NCBI GenBank assembly: GCA_964016885.1
Contig: OZ024742.1
Coordinates: forward strand, 299,026,001 to 299,090,000
DNA length: 64,000 nucleotides
Reading direction: 5' to 3'
DNA from: Eledone cirrhosa
Lineage: Eukaryota
The position numbers and the translations under genes are program-made. Positions 1-11,059 of the stretch are shown piece after piece. Within the stretch, counting starts at the first letter, position 1; every line of letters begins with the position of its first letter. Under the pieces are notes generated by a model. It did not search any database and was not told the origin of the DNA. It worked only from the letters and a program-made list of their open reading frames with translations.

Positions 1-284
1 TTGATAAAGATATTCTACGATGTAAAAATATCCCAATTTATACTGAAACTGCCATTATTATATAAATGACATAACTATGATATAAATAACATGAAAGTAG
101 ATGTTAGTTTGGGATTACCTGAAATTAAGTGCAGCAGAAAGGAAGAGTGACTGTGTAAAAAAGAAATATTGCGTGAGTGAACGAGTGATTGAAGTAGAAA
201 TGGATGAGATAGAGATGGGATCAGTGTGTGAATCAGGAATGGAATTCGAGTAAGAGAGTATTAGTGTAAGAGTCCGTATATGTA

Positions 285-640
<356 letters not shown>

Positions 641-668
641 GTAGTAACACAAGAGTTAATTCACCATA

Positions 669-709
669 CCGAGAACAATTGTTTCACCTTATGCGGATCA
701 TCAGCTCGG
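669..709 (-). ncRNA. minimal type I hammerhead ribozyme motif
   Basis: Minus strand reads CCGAG-CTGATGA-tccgcataaggt-GAAAC-aatt-GTT-CTCGG, with stem I CCGAG/CTCGG and a palindromic stem III. Confidence 0.7.
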
Positions 710-1163
710 ACTGGTAAGGGTTATACGGAACGGGAAGAACAACCGTATTAACGCGCATGCGCAGAATAAGTCCCTCAAAGACTCATATAGACTACTCCAT
801 TCAACGGAAAGCTATCACTAAGTCCAAGCCATACGCTAGAGGCAATCCGTCTTGCGGACTGTGTATTGAAGAAGGGATAAATATTCTAAGGAGATTACGC
901 AATAGCGATTGTCAAAAATCAAGATTTGAAATCTTCTCACGTTGTCCACATGTATGGAAACACCTCTTGCATAATTACAAAGCTCCGGATTGAATAACAA
1001 CATTTTTAATTTTCTAATCAACTCGAACATTTTATTCCGGACATTTGCAGTTTTCTCCATTACACCTTTCGCTGGTGGTTTTGTATCGCTTGGGTGAAGT
1101 GACTGTTTCTGCGCATGCGCGTTCATACGGTTGTTCTTCCTGTTCTATATAACCACTGCCAGT

Positions 1164-1204
1164 CCGAGCTGAAGATCTGCATAAGGTGAAACGATTGTCC
1201 TTTG
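1164..1204 (+). ncRNA. degenerate minimal hammerhead motif (second pLTR copy)
   Basis: ccgag-CTGAAGA-tctgcataaggt-GAAAC-gatt-GTC; the 3' strand of stem I is mutated. Confidence 0.55.
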
Positions 1205-1289
1205 TATGGTGAACTAACTGTTGTGTTACTACTTCTATCAAACTTGTCCCAATGGCTGAGTGCTCTACCACTACGGATATTACCTTCCA

Positions 1290-1300
1290 GTGTTCTACCT

Positions 1301-1390
<90 letters not shown>
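1290..1390. repeat. (CT)n(TA)n microsatellite
   Basis: Seen directly. Confidence 0.95.
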
Positions 1391-1874
1391 GTGCGCACAC
1401 ATGGGATGAAACACAGTTCAAATTCTGAAACTTGCCAATATGACTGAAAAAAAAAGAGAAATCATTTCTTTGACGCCATCAATAGTTTTATTGACCAATT
1501 AACAAAAGACCCGACTCATTCGTGTCAAATGATGGAACCGAAATATCCAAATCTTCTGGAAAATATCAATAACTGTTGGCACAAACATTTCACTCTGATT
1601 TGATAGCACTGTCATCAAATTATTACACCAGAGACGTATATACAGGACAACTGTGTGAATTACATGAAATAATAATATTGATTTTTCAAACCCGATACAA
1701 AATCAGTAGGTTGTATGAAAAAATATATCAAGATGACTTTAAAACCAACACGATAAAATAATCAAAGACGACAGCCGGAGTGACTTCCTTTGGTTTGAAT
1801 CAGAACTTTAAAGACGAGATATGCCTGAGGAAATACAAAAGAACAGATGTTATTATCCACAACTAATCAAATTC

Positions 1875-2060
1875 ATCTATCTATCTACCTATATATCAAT
1901 GTGGCCGTCTACCTATCTATATTTCTACCTACCTACCTACCTACCTACCTACCTACCTACCTACATACATACATACATACATACATACATACATACATAC
2001 ATACATACATACATACATACATACATACATACATACCTTATTTATTTATCTATCTATCTA
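1875..2060. repeat. (TATC)/(TACC)/(TACA)n tetranucleotide microsatellites
   Basis: Seen directly. Confidence 0.95.
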
Positions 2061-2347
2061 TACTCAAGTTCAAAAAAATTAATTTGTGAATAGTAAACTA
2101 ATTAACCGCCGTAAGACACGAATAACTGATAATATTTATCTCATAAACGTATGTATTTATACACCCCTAATATCCATACAATCACACACATATTCATGCA
2201 TATTTATATATTTATACATATATATGCGTGTGTGCGTGTGTGTATGTGTGCGCGCGAGTGTGTGTATGCGTGTATGTGCGTGTGTGCGTGAGTATATATA
2301 TATGTATGTATTTATATATCTATGTGTGTGTCATATATATATATATA

Positions 2348-5300
2348 TCATCATCATCATCATCATCATTTTACGTCCACTCTTCCCTGCTTGCAAGGGT
2401 GGGACGAGTCTTATTCGGTACAGCATCTCTCCACTCGTCACGGTCCTTCGTCATCTCCACCGTGAGCTTCAGCGATCTGAGGTCTGTTCTCATCACCTCC
2501 GCCCATGTTTTTCGTGGTCTACCTCTACCACGTCTTCCTTCAACTGGCATTTCCTGGCACTTCTTCACCCATCGGTCATCATCCATGCGCATCACATGTC
2601 CATACCACCTCAGTCTCCTCTCTCGCACACTACATTCTATCCCCCTCAGACACATTTTCTCTCTCAACACATTCATGCTGGGTCGTTCACGCACATTGAC
2701 ACTGCACATCCAATGGAGCATGCTTGCCTCATTTCTCTCCAGCCGTCGCATATCCTCTGCATTTGCTGCCCATGTCTCACTACCATGCAGCATCGCGCTC
2801 CTCACACAGGCATCATATAACCGGCCTTTCGTACGCATGGAGAAACCCTTCTTCGTAAGCAGAGGAAGCAGCTCCCTAAACTTCTTTCAACCCGTCCTTA
2901 TTCTAGATACTATGGCCTCGGAACCCCTCCCCCCTTCCATGCTAATCTGATCTCCTAGGTACAGGAAGCTATCCACCACTTCTATAGCACCTACCTGCAT
3001 TTGAAAAAATGTGTCTATCAATGCGACTTCTACTGTCTAATTTCCCCGTACATCCACTGCATACGTATTTCTCCCTACCTGCTCGTTTGCCCGCTATCTC
3101 GCCACATCTCCCGTGCACCCAGGATCCACACTGCGTGCATTTTATAGAATTTATGCCAGTTCCTTTTCCGCATATCGAACATGGCCATTTCCCCGACGTA
3201 ATCAGAGCTCTGTCCTCTTTTCTACTCATCAACACTTTTGTCTTAGCTAGGCTCACTCCCATCCTCCTGCTCCCAACTGCTGTTTCCATAGCCAGAATCT
3301 ACTTTCTAGCTCCTCCACCGATTCTGCTACATGGACCAGATCATTAGCATAGAGAAGTTCCCACGGACAGCCAGTCCCAAACTCCTCTGCCATGGCCTGG
3401 AGGACTACAATGAACAAGAGCGAGTCGAGGACCGAACCCCGACGCACCCCCGACGCACCTCCCTAAGAACCTCTCCTGCAACTGTCCCACCAAGAAGAGG
3501 GCATCTACTGTACTCCTCCCAGGCACAAAACCAAACTGCATCTCACCCAGCCTGACCCTTTCTCCAACTAGTTGCGCCAACATCCCCTCTGCCACCCCCG
3601 CAACCCGATCCATCAGCCCCATACCCCCACAATTGCTCCCCCCCCACCCTTGTAGCAATCTATGAGAACACCGCTGCACCAGTCTTTGGGTATGACACCA
3701 CCATACACAGCCCGACCGATGATGCGTGTAACCAGTCCAGTGCTCACGTCCCCTGATGCCTTCAGCATCCTAGCAACCATTCACGATGATCCAGCAACCC
3801 TACCACCCCTCATTTACCTAATCGCCTCTTGGACTCCATATTCGTCAATCTCAATATCCGGTCCCTCCGTCGGATCTACCGGGAGCAACCTCTCTCTCTC
3901 CCACTCGTTTTCTACATTCATCAGTCTCTCACAACGACACGTCCAGCCCCCCCCCCCCTTTCTGATCATTCGTGACACCAAGTACACCGGCACCATTCCG
4001 GACACATCCATATCCAACAACATCCTGATCCGCTTTGACACACTGCCTTGCAATGTGGAACACCGCACGCCTCTGACCTTCCCGTCGCAGAACATTGGCA
4101 AACCTCCTACTCTCAGCCTCCCTGCGTGCTAAGTACACCTGACGTCTAGCTTCTCTCTTAACGGCTGTATATTCTTCCCTACTCCCACCCTTTTTCCAAG
4201 CCTTCCATGCTAGTCTTTTGTCTCTAATGGCCTTATCTACTGTGCTGCTCAACCACCAGGTCACTCTTTGTCTGGTTGGAGCTCTGCTCCAGCCACAAGT
4301 TTCATCAGTAGCCTGCAGCAAGTTGTCACGTAAGAAATTCCAGTTATTATCTATGTCATACGTCTCTAAATCGTCTTCTCTCCCGCCATACACATCCCGA
4401 AGGCCTTTCCTAAATTTGTATTTTAGTGAAAGGTCCTTTAGCTTCCAGACCTTTCTTCTCCACACCTTCCTGTATGCCTCATTCCGTCTCTTGCTTACTG
4501 AGATACCACCAACGACTAACCCATGCTGTGGGAAACATTCTTCCCCGGGCTATGCCTTGGTATTAGACACCATCTGCCTGTCCCGCTGCCTAACTAGTAA
4601 GAAGTCAATCTGGCTTATGTGCTCGACAGTTTGTAGGTTATTAGGTGATGGCAGGTTTCTGGAAGTTAGTGTTGCAAATAGTCAGTGTACCTGCATCACA
4701 AAATTCAAGAAGTCTCACTCCTTCATTTCTTGAGCCGTAACCGTGCCCACCATGTACCCCAGTGTAATCTGGAGCTGTCCAACATGACCATTGAAGTCCC
4801 CTGCCAGCACAACGATGTCTCCATCCTCTGTCATTGCGGCTGCCTGTAAAAGTTGCTCGTAAAAGCAGTCTTTCTCATCTTTGCCTAGGCCTGGTGGGGA
4901 GCATAGGCAGAGATAATGGTCAGTAGTCTCCTGGCTACAACTAATCTAAGCTTAATTATTTGATTACTAACTCGAACTACCTCTATTGTCTTATTGATCA
5001 ATCTCTCAGCCAGGAAAATGCCTACTCCACCTAAACCATCATCCTTACCTACCCAGAAAAGCTTATAGCTAAGATGTTTGCCTACGACTACTCTCGCAGA
5101 GGCATCTCTCCATCTCACTTCTTGCACGCAGCACACATCCACATGCCTTCTTTCCAGCATCTCCGCTTTTTCAGCAGATCTACCTCTGAGAGTGCCAACA
5201 TTAAGCGTTGCAACTCTGAGATGCGACGTCTTCATATTTTGTTGTTGTTCCTATCTATTTGTTGCTGTGCTGCTAAGCGTTTTGGCATTGATACACTGGT

Positions 5301-5430
5301 TGGATGCCTTTCCTAACACCAGCGCCACTTTACAGCATGGACTGGGTGCTTTTATTTGTGCCACCAGCACTAGAGAGGATGTCTTACTAGACTCAAGGGC
5401 CCTCTCTACCACTCCATTTTACAGCATGGT
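2348..5430 (-). mobile_element. near full-length RTE-clade LINE (APE + RT), pseudogenised, with an A>G-hypermutated central tract
   Basis: APE motif VATLNVGTLRGR...CCVQEVRW (4885-5235), RT motif ELLYAND, C-terminal RLRWYGHVMR...RGRGRPRKTW (2371-2838), and a (GAT)n 3' tail at 2348-2369. Collinear with the copy at 24700-29170. Confidence 0.95.
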
Positions 5431-5567
5431 CATTAAAAAAAAACAAAAACACTTATTGACACGCACACACACACACACATACACCAACACTCATGCATAC
5501 AAACTACAAACACACACGTCACTCACACACCAACACTCATGCATACAAACACACACACCACTCACAT

Positions 5568-5613
<46 letters not shown>

Positions 5614-5632
5614 CCGGCGTACAAATATGACC

Positions 5633-5689
<57 letters not shown>

Positions 5690-5749
5690 CATATATATAT
5701 GGGGTCATATGGTATACATATATATGGGGTCATATATATATATATATAT

Positions 5750-5870
5750 ATATGAACAAGTATGACCCCAATGGGGTCATAATTGTCCTATTACCCACTC
5801 TACTACCCTAAGTAGTGAGTACTTTGGTGCGTTAAGGTCCATCTGGTTCCTTACCACAATTCCTTCGTTA
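5750..5870 (+). mobile_element. hairpin-headed mini-insertion (PLE/retrozyme 3' end), family H
   Basis: GTATGACCCC-aat-GGGGTCATA hairpin plus the conserved tail ttacccactctactaccctaagtagtgagtactttggtgcg...ttcgtta, shared with 15703, 48230 and 58335; sits in (TA)n. Confidence 0.7.
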
Positions 5871-5880
5871 TATATATATA

Positions 5881-6370
5881 TATGAAGTATATATAGTGTA
5901 TTTTTCAAAAAGCTGTATGCTTAATTAAAAGCATTTTGAAGACCTTACGATATTGTTTTAAAGTAGCGACAATGTCACTTACTTCAATTTTCAGTAAACA
6001 AGGGGAGATAAGCTGACAGAGCTCTGTTTCGTACTTGTTAGTACTTATCAAAGCTCACCACTCCTCCTGTTTGCTGAAAATTATGAATGTTGGATTCTTA
6101 GAGAATTACAGTAATAATCAGGAACGGATTATACAGAGCGGTTGCCGGTCCAGCTAAAATTGAAAATTAGAAATGGTGCTCTGAAATAGCGATATTTATA
6201 TGAATGTATATATAGTAGAAATTATGAATTGAAGTAAGTGACACAGTCACTACTTTAAAACAATAGCGTAAGGTCTTCAAAATGATTTTAATTAAGCATA
6301 CAGTGTATTGCAAAATACACTATATATACATTCATATATATATCGCTATTTCAGAGCACCAATTCTAATA
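5881..6370 (-). mobile_element. non-coding retrozyme/PLE-like unit with hammerhead and inverted arm
   Basis: 5881-5988 is inverted at 6226-6336, and 6166-6215 is inverted at ~6320-6368. The ~335 bp unit has terminal redundancy (CTATATATAC(A)TTCATA) and contains a hammerhead. Confidence 0.7.
5988..6080 (-). ncRNA. type I hammerhead ribozyme, U3-A8 core variant
   Basis: Minus strand: gagct-TTGATAA-GTAC-taacaa-GTAC-GAAA-CAGAGCTCTG-TC-agctt, with a long extended stem I (ttttcagcaaacagg.../...ttgtttactgaaaa). Confidence 0.75.
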
Positions 6371-6944
6371 TATATATATATATATATATACTCACACGCA
6401 TAGACTACAAATGTACATCGCATCGACTATGACTTGACAATACGTACCATGATTTAACTAACAGTTTTAGGCGCCATGCAGTTGGTAACAGACACAGACC
6501 CCTTACTGTCCTCCCTCTCATGATCCATAGCACATCCCCTGTGTGACAGCTGAAAGAAAATATGTCTGCGTCAGCACTGGACTAGTGCTATCAACGAAAG
6601 GATGAAAGACAAAGTGCTTTTTGAAGGGATTTGTACTCACAACGTAATGACCAGCAACACATACCTAACGACTCTGTCAAGTGGGTTACCTTGATGCACG
6701 CACGCACATATAGACGCATTCACACACACATACAAATATGAAAAGCTCCATGCATTCCTCACCCCACGCCAATGCAGGTGTTTTACTGCTACCTTTAATT
6801 AACGTTCTATAAACTATGAATGTAGTGAGAAATAGAGTACAAATAGCATTGTTGCTACCACTATGGAACCATATATTAGACTTGATCACATACATCGGTC
6901 TATAGACGCCGATCTCTCCACCTCTGTCTCTATAGCTATTTCTA

Positions 6945-7366
6945 TCTGGTTTTACTTGAGACGTGTGCCAGTTCGCTGGTAAGTTTTTGTTGATTTTCTA
7001 AGTAAGAAATCAAAAATTTATTGTTAAATTTATTACTATTTTATAGCTTGACCCCACGTCTGGACTTTCAGACGGTGGGTCAAGTCATCTTCACTCCTCC
7101 CTGGGGTGAAATTTTCGTTTTGAAAAAGATTTCGTCGGTAAAAAAAAAGTGTAAACAAACCTTGCATTCAGTCATGAACGCTGCGTTCATAACTAGAAGT
7201 GGTGGAGAGGCGGTAAGAGTGTTAAGCTCACAGTCACCTCCTCTCACCACCTCATTGAAAGACATCGAAAATGTCGTCAGTTTTGAAAACATGATGCCGG
7301 ACATTGATTGTAACATCAACACTAACACAAACACCAATAACATGCAAAATATAAACAACACCAACC

Positions 7367-7410
<44 letters not shown>

Positions 7411-10000
7411 AATGACAACAAGAACAACAACAGCAACAATGATAACAACACCACCACCAACAACAACAACAATGATAACAACAACACCACCAACAACAAC
7501 TGCAACACGAACAACTCCACGAACAAGGAAAAGATTTATTTTGCTCAAACCGTCCAAAAGACGGAACTGTTCACATACCTTGACATTTCCAATGCTAGGG
7601 AAATGTTAAGCGATGCAAAACAGTACATAACTTTTGGTAAGAGTGGTGCTTTCAGCAACACTTCTCCTCAACAGTTACGCAGAGAAACTGTTCTGAAAAC
7701 AGAAATTTTTAGGACGGTTTCAAATGTGTCGAAAAAAACAGTTCAGTTATCCCAAAACGATATTGAACTGGTTCTGAAGAATTCCATGAAGGATAGCTTT
7801 CATCCAAAAAGGGAAACTTTTTGGAAGCATTTCGGTGTTGTTGAAAGACCAATTGACAGCACAAAAATATTCTGTATCGCCGATTGTGACCCCCTTTATC
7901 CCTTTTTCCCCACATATATGGGAAAAAGAACTAAAAAAATAAAAAATTTGAACATTGCACCAAATGTAAACGTCTGGTGGATTCTAACTGGCTTCATCGA
8001 TTTCGACGAAGACACCATCATTTCGGTGGGAAAGTTCTCCAGAGGCACATTCAATGGTACAAGCATGGAAGTTCTGGTCCAAATGAGGCCAGAACGGATA
8101 GCTAAAATACCCCAACGTGTGACTCTGGATGGAATTTTACACATAAACATTTCTGTTGAAGGTAGGCGGCGACCTTCATGTTACCAATGTTTAAGCAGTG
8201 GTCACCTGGAGGCTTACTGTCCTCAGTTAACTAAAACAAAAGAGGCACTACTGCCAACACCAAAAACAACAACACAACCACCACAACCACCACCACCACA
8301 ACAACAACACACAAACACCAAAACAAGAACAACAAACCAACCTGCAAGCACAATCCCACCCAACCCCACTCCACATAAAACCACTGCCAAAACACCCACA
8401 AACACAACAGCTCCCCAAAACATACCCCTTCCAAATAACACAGACACCACAACGGACGAGGGCCCCACATCATCACCAAGTGATGATGAGGGAGAGCCTC
8501 TCCGTTCGAAAAGAAAGAAGAAAATACACCACAAGAACAAAAAAACAACAAACATCACTACAAACATACAACCGCCAACACAAACATTAGAAACAAAACG
8601 CCCCCGTCCCGAAAACAAAACCACGACATCACTCCAAACACAAACACCTACAACAAAACGAAAGCTCCCACAAGAACAACAGACAAAAACCACCGCAACA
8701 CAACAAGAACATTACACATACATAAACAGTAAAAACAAAACTTTAATGGAGGTCATCTCCAACGACCCTTCGGTGAAAACCGAAGGGAAAACTTTTTCGA
8801 ACTGTGTAGACAAACCTAATTTAAAGATGATTAGGGTCCCTACGGACACCTATAAGTCTTTAAAGGAAAACTTTCGTAAGGACGTGGGTAATCCTTGTGT
8901 TAAACCCATTAACCGCGTCCTTTTAAAAAGTTTCCCCACCCTCACCCCCAGACACCCCACCCCACTAAACATCTCCATCCCCACCCCGCCGGAAACCACC
9001 ACCCACCCAGACAACACCTCTAACACCCCCATGGAAAATGGGCGACTGGCACATCGAATGTGCTCAGGCGCTCACAGCCCTCTAGCAGGCGGACCCGGCG
9101 ATCAGTGGAGACTCCACTTCGTCATTCTATAGAGGGTTGATCCGCAGCAAGTGCGACGATGTGCTCGGTGAAACTCTGGGCGTAGAGGAAGACGAACTGG
9201 CCAGTCTGTTCGCTAGGACCTTCCACCCGGGACCGATGGACAACTTCCAAAAGTCCCTGGCCTGGCAGTGCTAACGAGGAGCTCTACCAGTTCGAGACAA
9301 GCTCTACAGACATGGGCGTCCGGGCAGGGACCCTGCAAAAAAGATCTGTCCGAGGTGCGTGCGAGACGAAGAAACCGTCGTGCACGCATTCATACACTGC
9401 CCGGGCGTCACCGACCTGTGGGGCTATGTAGAACGACTATTGTCGCGGGTGGGACCAATCCGGTTGACCACCGAGTCCATTGTCATGATCAAACCGCCAC
9501 CTCCTTCAAAAACGAAGGAGAGGCGGTTTTCCTTTGTGTGATAGCTATGGCGAAAGAGGTTGTATGGTGGACAAGGTTGAAAGGGCTGAGGTCAGACACC
9601 TTTCTCTCCGGCCAACAACTGATTCTTTTTTTCAAATACCACTTTGGAAGAAGAGTCAGGATGGAGAGAGAGGTGCTGTAACCCAGCAAGTTTTATTAAA
9701 GGTGGGTGAAAGTGGCGAGAATGGCCCGAGTGAATGGGCCTTCTCTCTATATCAGCCTGTAGGTTGAGGAAAAAGAGGAGGAGAGGAAAGGAGTACAAAC
9801 TCTTCGTGCTGCTGAAGCTGAGGGTTGCACATTTTTTTGGGAGTATGTGTTACGCATATGAAATGTCTCCCCTATTGGGGAAAATCGACTAATTTTTATA
9901 TTACATTTGTGATAATATTTTTCGCGTTTATATTGTATGTAAACTTCCCCCTTTATATTTGTCCCCTTCTTTTGTGCTCCTGTGGCTAATAAAGAAACAT
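6945..10000 (+). mobile_element. Tx1/L1-clade non-LTR retrotransposon with internal ORF2 deletion
   Basis: Gag-like ORF1 is followed directly by only the ORF2 C-terminus (SLAWQC*RGALPVRDKL...CPRCVRDEETVVHAFIHCP zinc finger, ~9037-9760). AATAAA at ~9988, then microsatellite. The 5' boundary is approximate. Confidence 0.8.
7174..9132 (+). CDS. retrotransposon ORF1 (gag-like nucleic-acid-binding protein with CCHC zinc knuckle)
   Basis: Open frame 7021-9132 with first ATG at 7174; CYQCLSSGHLEAYC (CX2CX4HX4C), a poly-Asn tract and a Pro/Thr-rich C-terminal half. Confidence 0.75.
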
Positions 10001-11027
10001 ATCTATATATATTTCTCTATATCGATCTAGCTATCGCTATCTATATTTTAACTATCTATCTATCTATTTATGTACTGATGTAGTTCTATATCCCTCTCTC
10101 TCTATATATTAAAGTTTCCTGAAAAATATAGATTTTTTTCTCAGGGGAGTACAAGTTATATCTCGTCGTTCTGTCGTTTCACCATCATTAGTAAATTCTC
10201 ACGGAATTCATAAAGACAGTAATAGATAATGATAAAACTTAGACAATAAAACAGCTATCATCTACGCAAATAACTTTTTGTTAATATTTTGTAGCCCCAA
10301 AATTGTTTGGCAGAAATGCACCAGTATCAAAATCCAGTTTTGGGAGACACATTCTCGTAGGTATGGTAAAAATCTCATAAGAAGTGTAACGGAATAAATA
10401 CACATCCACCAAAATTCAGAGAGAGAATTGCGGAAATGTTTAAAAATAACAAAGTGAACGAATTTGAAATCACTGGAACAAGAATTAAAAGCTGAAAGTG
10501 TTTGAAAGATAAATAATCGATATGTTGGTTCAAAACCAAATTCCAAAAACGAGAGGGCAGCAAATTCAAGTCACGAAATTTCGTCTGAAGTGGGGGTGGC
10601 TTCATACTGGATGAAGAATCAAGTCTGGAAATGTGTTTAAAATAGTGGTCGATTAGGCTAATATAATGTGAACTGAATATTATATTAATGTTCTATCTAA
10701 GAAAAGGAAATGAAAGGAGTCGATCGTTAGACTGGACCGAGGAAACTTATAAACTTATATATAAACATTTATATTGCTGGCATTATCTGCCAGTGGCCAC
10801 CCCTGGTAGAATGTGTAACGGGAACGTGAGATAAAGTATTCTACTCACGAACACAATACTCTGCTCGGAATTGGAACTGCAACATCGTGATCGTCCACTC
10901 AGCACCCTAACTGTTATATATATTTAAAATATATTATCTACCATTTGTAGCGATATGCTTGGAACGATGTTGGAAACATTAAATTCGATTAAACGTTTTT
11001 TACCCACATTACCTTGCCAAACTGGAT

Positions 11028-11059
<32 letters not shown>

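Noticed and set aside
2371-2838. G-vs-A excess at the RTE 3' end as a continuation of the edited tract
   Set aside because: Here the G alleles give the conserved residues (HGSETW, WYGHV, RGRGRP), so the sister copy has drifted; not counted as editing
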